From a virus (taxonomy: Duplodnaviria > Caudoviricetes), in IMG/VR virus record IMGVR_UViG_3300037418_003152, positions 5,271 through 69,270 of that record: a stretch of 64,000 bases of DNA, one strand, 5' to 3'. This document shows positions 51,434 through 61,017 of the stretch, in pieces (the stretch's first letter is position 1; each line of letters starts with the position of its first letter). The notes below the pieces were generated by a model. That model saw only the letters and a program-made list of their open reading frames with translations, was not told the origin of the DNA and ran no database searches. Position numbers and translations under genes: made by a program.

Positions 51434-52364
51434 GGCCGGCCTCCGTCCCGTCGGTGGGGGTCGGCCGGCGGCCGCAGTCGCCGCACCGCCCGGTGCGCAT
51501 GTGGAACAGCAGCCCGCCGCAGTGCGGGCACGGCTTGTCCGGGCGGTGGTGCATGCAGTCGGACGCCGGCGGCACCCACACCTCGGCCGGACCCGAGCCG
51601 TCCTCGTCGACGGCGGCCGCGGTCAGCGCGGCGACCTCGGCGTCAGTGCCGAACAGCGCGGTCCGGATGCCGCGCTCGCGGCGCTTCCAGCCGGGCTCGG
51701 CGGCCGCCTGGGCGCCATCAGCGGCCGCGACCAGCTCCCGCGCCGCCTCGAAGATCAGGTCGTCGCTGTACTCCAGCTCGGCCGACCAGTGCGCGTGCGG
51801 CTCCTGGCGCTCCCCCGTGAGCCGCCGCAGCACCGCACCGATGATCTTCTCCCGCGCCGCGATCTCGGCGCCCTTGTCGCGCCCTGCCTCGACGGATCCC
51901 GACAGCACGGCCCGGATGCGGTCCGCGTACTCGACGGTCACGGCCTGGCACTCGATGTTCTGCCCGCGGCCTGCACGCTCCAGTTCGTTGCACAGCTCCC
52001 TGACGGCGTCGATGACGAGCTGCTGGGCGGCAAGCTGGGCCTGTAGCCGAAGGTGCGCGCCTCCGACCTGCCGCAGTTCGGCCGCCAGCAGCTCGCGGGG
52101 CCGCTCGATCTCGGCCTGCCGGTACGCGCGCAACTCGGCGGCCTCGTCCGGGCGGGCGGTCTCGTCGCGCCAGGCGATCAGGTCGCCGACCAGCTCGCAT
52201 TCCTCGGCCGGGGTGAAGTCGTCGGCGGTCATCGTGCCGACGTCCCAGCCCTGCCAGTCCCGCCCGCACCAGTAGTAGCCGCGGAGCAGGGTCTCCAGGT
52301 CCGCGCTACGCGCCGGCGCGGGCTTGTCGGGGATGTCGGGGGCCGTGGGGGGTGGATTGGTCAT
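51426..52364 (-). CDS. Hypothetical coiled-coil protein with a C-terminal Zn finger
   Basis: Internal ATG 52364 with AAGGA RBS; the frame stays open to GTG 52637. Confidence 0.5.
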   Translation of the reverse strand: MTNPPPTAPDIPDKPAPARSADLETLLRGYYWCGRDWQGWDVGTMTADDFTPAEECELVGDLIAWRDETARPDEAAELRAYRQAEIERPRELLAAELRQVGGAHLRLQAQLAAQQLVIDAVRELCNELERAGRGQNIECQAVTVEYADRIRAVLSGSVEAGRDKGAEIAAREKIIGAVLRRLTGERQEPHAHWSAELEYSDDLIFEAARELVAAADGAQAAAEPGWKRRERGIRTALFGTDAEVAALTAAAVDEDGSGPAEVWVPPASDCMHHRPDKPCPHCGGLLFHMRTGRCGDCGRRPTPTDGTEAGRG

Positions 52365-52374
52365 GGACGGGTCC

Positions 52375-52491
52375 TTAGACGTTGAAGTGGCGCCCGCAGC
52401 GGCCGCACTCGGCCTGCTCGGGCTCTCCGGGGGCGGTGAACACGACCCAGTGCGGTCCGTCGCACTGGCAGTCGGGGCAGATCTCCAACAC
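52375..52491 (-). CDS. 38-aa Zn-ribbon micro-protein
   Basis: RBS AGGAGG, GTG 52491: MLEICPDCQCDGPHW...CGRCGRHFNV. Confidence 0.5.
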   Translation of the reverse strand: MLEICPDCQCDGPHWVVFTAPGEPEQAECGRCGRHFNV

Positions 52492-52633
52492 GGGTCCTCC
52501 TGCGGCCACGGGTGGCAGACCACCCGCTCGGGGGCGTCGGTGTGCCCGGCCGGGCGCGCGCACGGGTAGGGCCCGGTCGTGGCGTTGGCGGCCGCGTCGT
52601 GCCACCAGACCGCGCGCCCACACAGCGCGGCGC

Positions 52634-52888
52634 TCACGGGCGCGGAACGCCGACGATGACGGCGTTGGCGTCGGGGGTGTGCTCGGTGACGTAGCCGGCG
52701 GCGGTCAGCGCCATGACGGCCCGGCGCAGGTCGTCGGCCCGGTCACCGGGGCCCAGGTCCACGACCACGTGCCCGGCGAGGCGGGAGACCAGCCACGGCC
52801 GCGGGATGCGGGCCACCTCCAGCACCTGCCGGACGTGGGGCACCCCGCCCATCCGCCGGGCGGCGATCGGGGTCGGCTTGACGCTCAC
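52634..52888 (-). CDS. Hypothetical protein
   Basis: GTG 52888, GTGA overlap. Confidence 0.5.
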   Translation of the reverse strand: MSVKPTPIAARRMGGVPHVRQVLEVARIPRPWLVSRLAGHVVVDLGPGDRADDLRRAVMALTAAGYVTEHTPDANAVIVGVPRP

Positions 52889-53046
52889 CACGGCGAGAGC
52901 CACTGCTCGTAGCGGTCCGCGGCGCGCGCGGACTCGCGGTCGTTGTCCGCCGGGCCGGCGTAGGCCTCCTCGCGGGTCTCCTGCGGGCCTTCCAGCTCGG
53001 CGGCGAGCACCTTCTCGGCGCGCTGGAGCGTGGCGTAGCCGGTCAT
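52885..53046 (-). CDS. Hypothetical protein
   Basis: ATG 53046, ATGA overlap. Confidence 0.5.
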   Translation of the reverse strand: MTGYATLQRAEKVLAAELEGPQETREEAYAGPADNDRESARAADRYEQWLSPW

Positions 53047-53414
53047 GGCGCCACGACCGTCTCGGCGGGGGGCTCGGCGGAGGTCGCGCCCTCGCAACGC
53101 ACCGTCCAGAGGTGGCGGGCGCGGAAATCGGCATCATCGGAACGCATCGCGGCTTGGTGCCAAGTAAGCCGGACAGCCTCCGGGGAGTCGCCCCAGCTCT
53201 TACTCTGCAGCCCCTTGACGACGTGGCCCAGCGGGCAAAGGATCAGCATCCCGCCGACTCCTGCCCATTCCCGAGCCACGACCGGGCCTTCGTGGTAGGC
53301 ATCAGTGATCGTCACCGCGGGCGCCGTCGGGGTCACTTCTGCAGCGGTGGTCGCCTCGGCCTGCTCGGGCGGGCAGCTGTAGATGATGATGTGGGCCGAG
53401 GTCGTGTTACCCAT
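53043..53414 (-). CDS. Hypothetical protein
   Basis: ATG 53414. Confidence 0.45.
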   Translation of the reverse strand: MGNTTSAHIIIYSCPPEQAEATTAAEVTPTAPAVTITDAYHEGPVVAREWAGVGGMLILCPLGHVVKGLQSKSWGDSPEAVRLTWHQAAMRSDDADFRARHLWTVRCEGATSAEPPAETVVAP

Positions 53415-53874
53415 GGCGCACGCCCAGGTGGCCGTTGAGGTAGGCCATGGCGTCGTCGGGGTCGATGAGCTGGATCTCGGCGCGCTCGTAGCGCATCGGG
53501 GGGAAGTCCGGGTTCGGTGCGAGCAGCTGCTCGAACAGGTGCAGCTGGTCCTCGGTGAGCCCGCCGGACTGCCCGCCCACGACCGCGCCGGTGAGCACGA
53601 TCGTGCCGCCGACGTCGGGGGCCTGGTAGCCACAGGTGCGCACGAGCGCGAGCACCCGGTCGTTGTGGACGATCGGCGTGGTCAGCAGGGCGTCGTCGGC
53701 GGTCCAGAAGCGGAACTCGCCGAAGGTGGTGGCGATCGTCGAGCTGCAGTCGATGTTGCCGGGCTCGGTGCCGATCTCGCGGTAGAGCATCGCGTTGAGC
53801 TGACCGAGCTCGTAGGTCGCGCGACGCAGCGGTGCGTCGGTGGCCGGGGGTACGACCAGCGCGGTTTCGGACAT
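53407..53874 (-). CDS. Hypothetical protein (DUF3846-like)
   Basis: ATG 53874 after GGAG; DVGGTIVLTG...GLTEDQL motif. Confidence 0.5.
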   Translation of the reverse strand: MSETALVVPPATDAPLRRATYELGQLNAMLYREIGTEPGNIDCSSTIATTFGEFRFWTADDALLTTPIVHNDRVLALVRTCGYQAPDVGGTIVLTGAVVGGQSGGLTEDQLHLFEQLLAPNPDFPPMRYERAEIQLIDPDDAMAYLNGHLGVRHG

Positions 53875-53936
53875 GGGTGCGCTCCGTATGTGGGAGGAAC
53901 TACGGCCGTACAACCGTGGCAAGTTGTACGGTGGTA

Positions 53937-53965
53937 ACCCTACCACTAAACGTGGCGCCCTTAAA
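53937..53965 (-). promoter_or_regulatory. Putative promoter TTTAAG-N17-TAGGGT with extended -10 (TGG)
   Basis: AT-rich intergenic region; an 8-bp inverted repeat CGTACAAC-N8-GTTGTACG (53907-53930) lies just downstream. Confidence 0.5.
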
Positions 53966-54048
53966 AGGGTTTGTATGTAGCAGTAGGTGGCCCCGCGGGG
54001 AGCACGGGGCCACCTACAAGTCCAGGCCGGGGTTAGCTGGTCGTGCCC

Positions 54049-55893
54049 CTACGCGGCCACCTGGCCGTGCAGCACGGCGCGCAGTCGCGCCCCGATCCAC
54101 TCCCCGACCTGCGGGGACACCGCGTTGCCGAACCCGTCGACCTGGTCGCGGGCGCTGCCCCACACGACGAACGCGCCGTCGTAACCGGGGAAGTCGACGT
54201 CGAACCCGCAGCCGCGGCCGACCTCGTGAGCGGCCATCATCCGGAAGAAGCAGTCCTCCAGCGGCAGCTCAGCCAGCGAGGCCCGCCACTGCGCCATCAG
54301 CAGCGCCGTCGTGTCCCGCGAGGTGAGCGTGCCCAGCGGATCCGACATCGGGTGCGGCGCGGTCTCGTTGCCCTGCACGCCGTTCTGCTTGTACCAGCCC
54401 GAGAACAGCACCGAGCCGTGGTTGCCGGCGCCGACAAGCGTCCGCAGAGGGCTATCCACCGGGTGGACACGGCCCGCGATGCCATCGTTCTGCTGGATCA
54501 CTCCGGCCGCGGTGAGCAGCCCCGGGCGCTGATCGGCGGTGACCGTCGGCATCGCCTCGGCGTGCATCGCCGGCAGCGTGTTCTGCCGGAACGGCACCAC
54601 CCCCGAGGACACCAGCGCCAACGTCTCCGACCCGACCTGGGTGGGTAGCGGGTCACCAGCGCCGCGCGGGGCCCCCTGGTAGTTGTCCACCGCCAGCGCG
54701 ACCGGCGGCGTCACCAGCCCGACGGTGTTGGTCGCGGGCTGAGTCCACAGAGGCTGATCCAGGCCCCGCGAGCGGCAGTCCGACCCCGGGCGCTCGAACC
54801 GGTTGCCCGCAGCGACGATCACCGCCCCGGTCGAGAGCAGCCCGGTCTCCTGCTGGCTGGTCTGGGTGGCCATCGGCTGCCACGGGTGGCGCTCCGACCC
54901 GTGCACAGCCTTCGCCGGCATGAGGATCGCCGGGAACTCGGCGAACCGGGCCCGGCAGCGCTCCGCGCGGGCCATCGTCGAGGCGGCGAGCGGACGCTTG
55001 CGGTCCCCGATGCGGGTCCCAAGGTCGGTCAGGTCGAGCGCGGCCAGCGACGGCGTCATCGGCGGCACCACCGCGGCGCGACACCGCGGGCAGCGGTACT
55101 CGTACTGCTTGCCGTAGCGCACCGCACCCGTCGGCGGCACCCCCGTCTTCCACGACCACACCCCCTCGACGACCTGGTCGCAGCGCCCACACCAGGCGTG
55201 CGGCCGGTGGTCGAGGTCCGGGGTCGGTAGCCGCCGGTCCCAGAACGCCCAGTAGCCCCGGTCCCGCGACTGCGGCACCCCGAAGAACATCGAGTTGAGG
55301 TAGAGCAGCTTGTGGCGGTAGCCCAGCTTCTCGAACTCGCGCAGCCACCACCGGTACGTCGACCCGTCGCCCACCTTCGGCCGGCCCGGGATCGCCGGCC
55401 CCCACGAGACGAGCTCGGTGGTGCACTCGACCAGGATCAGCTGCGGGTGGTGCTGGGCGGCGTAGTGCAGCACGCAGTTCGCCGTCGCCCGGTCCCGCTC
55501 CGAGCGGGTCACCCGGGCATCGAAGTCCGGGTCGTCGAGGTCGAACAGCGACAACCCCTGCGCGTAGGCCTTCTGGGTGTTCGCTGGGGAGTGGTTCACG
55601 CAGCTGACCCCGGCGACCAGCAGGTCGGCGGCCGGCAGGTCGCGCGCGGAGTGGTAGTCCGAGGACTCGGGGTCGACCAGATCGGCGATCCAGTGCTCGG
55701 CTTCCGGATGGTTGGCCTCGTGCACCTCGACCTTGTAGCGGTTGTGGTTCGCCGCCATGATCGTGGTGAAGCCGGCCTGCTTGATGCCCGTGGTGAGCCC
55801 CCCGAACCCGGAGAACAGATCGACCGCGACCAGGTCGTCGTGCGCGAAGCGGCGCCGGCGGGTGGCTGGCCGGTGCTCGGCAGTGGCGGCCAC
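54049..55893 (-). CDS. C5-cytosine DNA methyltransferase (atypical motifs)
   Basis: Motif I DLFSGFGG; motif IV-like AGVSC; motif VI-like VECT; QSRDRGY (motif VIII); motif X FGNAVSP. Confidence 0.85.
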   Translation of the reverse strand: MAATAEHRPATRRRRFAHDDLVAVDLFSGFGGLTTGIKQAGFTTIMAANHNRYKVEVHEANHPEAEHWIADLVDPESSDYHSARDLPAADLLVAGVSCVNHSPANTQKAYAQGLSLFDLDDPDFDARVTRSERDRATANCVLHYAAQHHPQLILVECTTELVSWGPAIPGRPKVGDGSTYRWWLREFEKLGYRHKLLYLNSMFFGVPQSRDRGYWAFWDRRLPTPDLDHRPHAWCGRCDQVVEGVWSWKTGVPPTGAVRYGKQYEYRCPRCRAAVVPPMTPSLAALDLTDLGTRIGDRKRPLAASTMARAERCRARFAEFPAILMPAKAVHGSERHPWQPMATQTSQQETGLLSTGAVIVAAGNRFERPGSDCRSRGLDQPLWTQPATNTVGLVTPPVALAVDNYQGAPRGAGDPLPTQVGSETLALVSSGVVPFRQNTLPAMHAEAMPTVTADQRPGLLTAAGVIQQNDGIAGRVHPVDSPLRTLVGAGNHGSVLFSGWYKQNGVQGNETAPHPMSDPLGTLTSRDTTALLMAQWRASLAELPLEDCFFRMMAAHEVGRGCGFDVDFPGYDGAFVVWGSARDQVDGFGNAVSPQVGEWIGARLRAVLHGQVAA

Positions 55894-55897
55894 CCCC

Positions 55898-56668
55898 TCA
55901 GTCCTCGATCCGCGCGGCGAAGAACGACGCGATCGCCTCGGCGTAGGCCCCCGCCTGGTGGCGCAGCGCCTCCGCGCGGGCCAGATCGGAGACCTCGTCG
56001 GCCTGCTCGGCGAGCCCGGTCAACCGCCGGTAGGACTCCAGGTCGGACAGCAGCGGCCCGGTCAGCGTCAGCGTGCCGGCGTCCTCCAGCTCATCGACCA
56101 GCGTGGTCGCCGCCGTGGCGATCTCGCGGTCCAGCTGCTCCCGGCGGTCGTGGTCGGCAGCGCAGCCGCCATCGGTGGCGGTGGCGATCCGTTCCGCCAC
56201 GTGCTCGACGTCGCGGATCAGCCGGTGCAGCTCGGGCAGCGCGTCGGAGGTGGTGACGATGACCTCGCGCGCCGAGGCGTCGGGCAGGTAGGTCGCGGCG
56301 AGGGTCTGCACCCACGCCGGCGCCTCGGTCAGCGGCCGGAACAGGCCCGGGACGACCTGGCCGTAGGTGACCTCGATGCGGGCCAGCGGGTCGAGCACCA
56401 CGGTGACCCGGGTCGGCGCCCAGCTCTCCCGCGGGCCCGGGCGCCGGTACTCGAGCACGACCTCAACGGCCAGTAGCGACGTCGCGCCGACGGGGACGGT
56501 GTACTCGGGGCCGGACAGCCTCAGCGAGAGGACGAGCGCCCCGGCGGTCGGGGTCACCGCGGGGGTGGCGCTCCCGGGGTCGACCCGGTGCAGAGGGCGC
56601 GGACTGGAAGGGGTGCAGTAGGAGGTGGTCAGCGGCGCGTGCGGCCGCTCGGACCCGGTGGGAGGCAT
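55898..56668 (-). CDS. Hypothetical protein
   Basis: RBS-like AGGA; 256 aa. Confidence 0.5.
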   Translation of the reverse strand: MPPTGSERPHAPLTTSYCTPSSPRPLHRVDPGSATPAVTPTAGALVLSLRLSGPEYTVPVGATSLLAVEVVLEYRRPGPRESWAPTRVTVVLDPLARIEVTYGQVVPGLFRPLTEAPAWVQTLAATYLPDASAREVIVTTSDALPELHRLIRDVEHVAERIATATDGGCAADHDRREQLDREIATAATTLVDELEDAGTLTLTGPLLSDLESYRRLTGLAEQADEVSDLARAEALRHQAGAYAEAIASFFAARIED

Positions 56669-56741
56669 GGGCGTCCTGTCGTGGGGAGGAACTAGTCACA
56701 AGGTCATCACCCATCGGTGGTGGCACACCGCGGGTGGTCGA

Positions 56742-57044
56742 TCAGTCGGGCAGGGTCACCTCCGGGGGGTCGACCAGCACGAACCCGCCCAGGCGCTCGA
56801 CGATCTGAATCACCGCGACCTCGTCGCGGTAGGCGTCGTAGAAGCCGCGGCAGACCGTCTCCCCCATCTCGGGGTGGTCGCCGTAGGACAGGGTGTGGTG
56901 GCAGATCAGCGCGGCCCCGACCGACCGGTTGTGCTCGACGATCTCGGCGAGCCGGCCCGGCTCCAGTCGCATCCGGTTGCCCGGCCGGAACAGGCACGTC
57001 GCGCACTTCTCGGCCATCAGCTGCGGGCCGGCGGGGCGACTCAC
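56742..57044 (-). CDS. Cys/His-rich hypothetical protein
   Basis: CATCLF, ICHHT, VCRGF. Confidence 0.6.
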   Translation of the reverse strand: MSRPAGPQLMAEKCATCLFRPGNRMRLEPGRLAEIVEHNRSVGAALICHHTLSYGDHPEMGETVCRGFYDAYRDEVAVIQIVERLGGFVLVDPPEVTLPD

Positions 57045-57580
57045 TGCTGCGACACCTCCCCCGTGGGCGTCGCGGGCGGCGGGGTGGTCGGCGCCGTGCT
57101 CCGGTGGTGCGCACGTCGGCGCCCGCGCCGGCCAGCCCGGTGGGTGGTGGTCGGCGCCGCGGCGGGTGCGCCCTCGGTGGCGGCCTGGGGTGTGGCCACC
57201 GGCGCGGGAGCCGGGGCCGCTGGTGGCGCTGTGGGCGCCACCGTGGCCACCCGGGCCACCCGGGCCACCGGGCGGGGCACCGGGCGGGGCACCGGGTGGG
57301 CGGGAACGCGGGTGACGGCCTGGGCGACCACCTGGGCACCCACCGGGCGAGCAGCGGGTGGGTCCGCGGCCAGCGCCCGCGCCGGAGCGGGCGCACCCAG
57401 CGCGGATGCGGGCGCGGGGTAGGCGCCCTCCCCCGCGGTCATGTCCGCCGCGGGCTGCTCATCGGGGGCGCGGTGCGCGCCCGGCAGCGCGAGCGCCAGC
57501 ACGGTCGCGACCACCCCGGCGACAGCACCCCCACCGAGATAGAGACGAGCCCGCGACGGCCGGCGGTGCGCGCCGGCCAT
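57041..57580 (-). CDS. Membrane-anchored Pro/Ala-rich protein
   Basis: One TM near the N-terminus; coupled at both ends. Confidence 0.5.
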   Translation of the reverse strand: MAGAHRRPSRARLYLGGGAVAGVVATVLALALPGAHRAPDEQPAADMTAGEGAYPAPASALGAPAPARALAADPPAARPVGAQVVAQAVTRVPAHPVPRPVPRPVARVARVATVAPTAPPAAPAPAPVATPQAATEGAPAAAPTTTHRAGRRGRRRAHHRSTAPTTPPPATPTGEVSQQ

Positions 57581-57906
57581 CAGCCCTCTCCGGTCTGCGG
57601 CTCGAACACCAGCGGGATCTTGCGGTTACCGACACACCACGGGTAGCGCGGCGCCAGGATCACGCCCACCCGCTCGTCGGGGTTGCCCTGCGCGTCGCCG
57701 TACCCGGGCCGGGTGCGGCGCCCGGCGCGCAGCGGGTTGTAGAACGCGATCTGGTCCTGGTCGTCGACGAGCCAGTAGTAGTCGCGGTAGACCGTCGGCG
57801 TGCCCGGGATCGGGGTCGTCGCCTTCTCGATCGGCACGAACACGAAGTTCTCGGCCCGCGCCCATCTCGGAATCTCCGAAGGCGCGGTCTGTGGGTCGGT
57901 GCTCAT
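57580..57906 (-). CDS. Hypothetical protein
   Basis: RBS AAGGAAGG, ATG 57906. Confidence 0.55.
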   Translation of the reverse strand: MSTDPQTAPSEIPRWARAENFVFVPIEKATTPIPGTPTVYRDYYWLVDDQDQIAFYNPLRAGRRTRPGYGDAQGNPDERVGVILAPRYPWCVGNRKIPLVFEPQTGEG

Positions 57907-57992
57907 GGGCCCTTCCTTGGTCGGGACACCTCGGCGGGCGGGGATGCCGCCAAGGTCGCGGATGAGATCGGGGCGAACGCTGTCGTCGATGC

Positions 57993-58448
57993 TCACCGCA
58001 CCGGCTCCGGGGCCAGCACGGTCAGCTCGCGCACGTCGAGCAGCTCGGTGCAGCCGGTGTCCCAGCGCACCTGCACTGCGATCACCGGCCGGTCGCTCCA
58101 CTCGAGCGCGGCGATCGCGCGCTGCTCCAGCTCGGTGGGCTTGGCGACCACCCCGGTCGAGCGGTGGCCGGCGGTGACTCGCGTCCCGGGCTGCGGGCGC
58201 CCGGGCAGCGGGGTGATCCGCTCGGCGGTCGCGCAGACCCGCCAGTGCACATCGCGCACGCGCAGCGTTAGCTCCGTGGCGCCCGGGCCGGTGGCCAGCG
58301 ACCTCGGGCCCATCGCGCGGTGGCAGTAGGCCAGGCGCAGCACCAGGTCGGCGATGTCGGCCGGGGTCGGGTCGGCGGGCAGTGCCGCCACCAGCTGGCC
58401 GGCGATCGTGGTGTCCTCGGGGGCGATCGAGCCGTCCACGGCGCTCAC
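57993..58448 (-). CDS. Hypothetical protein
   Basis: GTG 58448, GTGA overlap. Confidence 0.5.
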   Translation of the reverse strand: MSAVDGSIAPEDTTIAGQLVAALPADPTPADIADLVLRLAYCHRAMGPRSLATGPGATELTLRVRDVHWRVCATAERITPLPGRPQPGTRVTAGHRSTGVVAKPTELEQRAIAALEWSDRPVIAVQVRWDTGCTELLDVRELTVLAPEPVR

Positions 58449-58747
58449 CACCCGATCCCGCCGGTGGGCGCACCCGGGGCGTTGTCGCCGTAGAGCGCGT
58501 GCGCGGTGGCCAGCGCGGCGGCGAGCACCGGGGCGGGCACCTGGTCGACGTCGCGCACCGTCGCCAGCGTGGACAGGTACATGCCGTCGAGGTCGACCGC
58601 GATGACCGCCCACCGGGCCTCACGGGGGCCGGGCCGGCGATCGTCGGACACGGCCTGGTGGACCTGCACGATCGCCCGCGGCCCGACGCGCACCTCCACC
58701 AGCGGGTCGTCCTCGGTCAGCAGCTCGGGCGGGTAGGCCGCATTCAC
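58445..58747 (-). CDS. Hypothetical protein
   Basis: GTG 58747, GTGA overlap. Confidence 0.5.
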   Translation of the reverse strand: MNAAYPPELLTEDDPLVEVRVGPRAIVQVHQAVSDDRRPGPREARWAVIAVDLDGMYLSTLATVRDVDQVPAPVLAAALATAHALYGDNAPGAPTGGIGW

Positions 58748-59016
58748 CGCGGTCCCTCCCGCATGTCGGGAGCGGCGTGGTCGGCGTAGCGGGTCATGGC
58801 CCACAGCGCCAGCCACCGCACACCGCGCCACGTCCACACCAGGGACAACCACAGCCCCAGCAGGAGCCACCAGTACAGGAGCCCGATGTACTTGATCATG
58901 AGCCAGCACAGCAGGACCATCGCGCGACACATCTGGACCATCGCGCGGCCCAGCCCCCGCGTGCTTCCGACACTGCCGGACACCCGCACCGGGCCGAGCC
59001 CGACCGACAAACGCAT
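58744..59016 (-). CDS. Membrane protein
   Basis: Long W/L-rich hydrophobic stretch; N-terminal MRLSVGLGPVRVS. Confidence 0.6.
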   Translation of the reverse strand: MRLSVGLGPVRVSGSVGSTRGLGRAMVQMCRAMVLLCWLMIKYIGLLYWWLLLGLWLSLVWTWRGVRWLALWAMTRYADHAAPDMREGPR

Positions 59017-59059
59017 GGTCAGGCCCCCCGCTCGAGGAACGTGGGGTTGAGGACGCTCA

Positions 59060-59740
59060 TCAGAACAGCGCTCCGTCCTGCTCGGCCTTCTCCTTGGCCT
59101 CGCGCTCGCAGTGGAGGTCCCGGGCCGTGATCGGACCCGGCGGGAACGGCGGGGTGGTGGCGCGTGCGCGCTCGCGGCACAGCAGCTCGTGGACCTTGCC
59201 GGCCTTCTCGACGAGCTGGTCGCGCAGCTCGTCGGTGAGGTCGTCGGGGCTATGGGTCCAGCGCCCGGTGGTCATGTCCAGGTCGACGCGGAACGACACG
59301 ATGATCGAGCCCTGGCCCTGCTCGCGGCAGGTCAGTGTCAGCAGGAACTCGGCGTGGTCGGGGTTCGTGTGCGAGCGCCCGACCATGACGTACTCGTTGC
59401 GCCAGGCGTAGAGCGCGACGTCCGGGGAGAGCCGGACGTAGTCGGACTCGAACGGCCACCACTGCCCGCGCACGTAGACGTCGTCGTGGCCGCTGTCGAC
59501 GATGTAGCCCCAGCCCTCGACCAGCTCGGGCTGGTGGCCGCGACCCCAGGTGTCGAACCGGGCCCGCGGGTGCGGCGGCTCCCAGTCGACGTGGTTGCGC
59601 TCGGACGGCTTCGAGCAGCCGTAGCCGGTCCTGCGCACCGAGGTGTGCGGGGTGCCCACGTAGGTGCTCGTCTCGCCCCAGCAGCGCTCGGCGCCATCGG
59701 GGTTGACCGCGAGGCAGCCGCCGTAGTCGATCCAGCCCAT
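59060..59740 (-). CDS. Hypothetical protein
   Basis: 226 aa, complex composition, RBS GAGG. Confidence 0.6.
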   Translation of the reverse strand: MGWIDYGGCLAVNPDGAERCWGETSTYVGTPHTSVRRTGYGCSKPSERNHVDWEPPHPRARFDTWGRGHQPELVEGWGYIVDSGHDDVYVRGQWWPFESDYVRLSPDVALYAWRNEYVMVGRSHTNPDHAEFLLTLTCREQGQGSIIVSFRVDLDMTTGRWTHSPDDLTDELRDQLVEKAGKVHELLCRERARATTPPFPPGPITARDLHCEREAKEKAEQDGALF

Positions 59741-59743
59741 CGC

Positions 59744-59938
59744 TCAGCCCTCCTGCAGTTCGGGCGCGAGCTCCAGCGCCTCGGGCGGCGTGGCCAGCGT
59801 CGTCACGCGGCCGTCGGCGTAGCGGACGAACACGAAGTGGTCGTTGACCGAGGCGATCACGCCGTGCTCGTCGGGCTTCTCGGGTCGGTGGTAGATGACG
59901 GGGTCGCCGATGTGGTCGCGCGCGGTGGCGAGGTCCAT
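59744..59938 (-). CDS. Small SH3-like hypothetical protein
   Basis: ATG 59938; IGDPVIY...EHGVIASVNDHFVFVRY. Confidence 0.55.
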   Translation of the reverse strand: MDLATARDHIGDPVIYHRPEKPDEHGVIASVNDHFVFVRYADGRVTTLATPPEALELAPELQEG

Positions 59939-60025
59939 GTGGTGTCCAGGGGTGTGGGAGGGGCGCCCGGTGACAGTCGGGCAGGTTCGGCACTTACTGA
60001 TCTTGAAAGACACGCGCGGGTGTAA

Positions 60026-60460
60026 TCAGCTGGGCGGTGCCGCCGCGACGAACAGATCGCAGGCGGGGGTCGGCTGTTCGTCCTCGTCCAGGTGGTCGGT
60101 GCAGTGCCCGCACGGCGCCATGCCCAGGTGACAGCGGCACCCCGGGCACTCGTCCCACTCCGGCTCCTCGGCCTCGGTCAGTGCCTCGTCCGGGTGCGCG
60201 TCGAGCACGCCGGGCGCGATGGTGCGCCACCAGGTGCCCGAGCTGCACTTGCCAGGGTCGCCATTGGGCGCCACCACCGTCGACACGTACCGGCCGAACG
60301 CGCCGAGGCGCACGCCGGTCAGGCAGCGGTCGCACACCGCGTAGGCGAACGTCGGCCGCGCCGGGGGCTCCGGGCGAGCCGGCGGTGGCGGCAGCAGGTC
60401 GGCGAGCGCCCGCGCGATGGCGAACGCGTCGGCGAAGAACTTGTCGGGATCGACCATCAC
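60026..60460 (-). CDS. Cys-rich hypothetical protein
   Basis: CDRC, CPGCRCHLGMAPCGHC. Confidence 0.55.
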   Translation of the reverse strand: MMVDPDKFFADAFAIARALADLLPPPPARPEPPARPTFAYAVCDRCLTGVRLGAFGRYVSTVVAPNGDPGKCSSGTWWRTIAPGVLDAHPDEALTEAEEPEWDECPGCRCHLGMAPCGHCTDHLDEDEQPTPACDLFVAAAPPS

Positions 60461-61017
60461 GCACCGCCACCGAGGGTCTTGTCGATGTCGTCGGCGGCGC
60501 GCTGGGCGATCCCGACGGCGTCCCAGTGGGTGCCGGCCTCGATCTCGTCGACGATCTCGCGGAAGTCGGCGCGGGCGCTGCGGAGCTTGCTGCGCAGCTG
60601 GTCCGACGACATCTGCCCGGGGGGCGTCCAGCCGGCGGCGACCAGGGCGGCGGCGATCTCGGAGCCGATGCCATCGACCGTGTCGACGTTTCGGCGCACG
60701 TAGGTGTTGCCGGCGATGTCGCCACGTCGGGCCCGTATCGCTGCCTCGATCGCGTCGTAGAAGGCGTCGGTCGGGTTGGCGCGGTCGTCGGCGGTGGGGC
60801 TCTCGTCGAGCAGAGCGAGCAGCACCGGCCCATCAACTCGGCGTGCCACCGCGGGCAGGCACTGGTCGCAGGCGTTGAGGTCGCGCACGGCCCAGCGGGC
60901 AGAGTAGGAGCACAGCACCTGGTAGCGGCCGTCGGGTCGCTGCGGTCCGGGCCGTCCGATCTGAGGGATCGGCGTGGCGCTGGATCCGGTGATGCGATCG
61001 CAGTAGGTGGTCACCAT
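60457..61017 (-). CDS. Hypothetical protein
   Basis: GGAG RBS; coupled to the next gene. Confidence 0.55.
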   Translation of the reverse strand: MVTTYCDRITGSSATPIPQIGRPGPQRPDGRYQVLCSYSARWAVRDLNACDQCLPAVARRVDGPVLLALLDESPTADDRANPTDAFYDAIEAAIRARRGDIAGNTYVRRNVDTVDGIGSEIAAALVAAGWTPPGQMSSDQLRSKLRSARADFREIVDEIEAGTHWDAVGIAQRAADDIDKTLGGGA

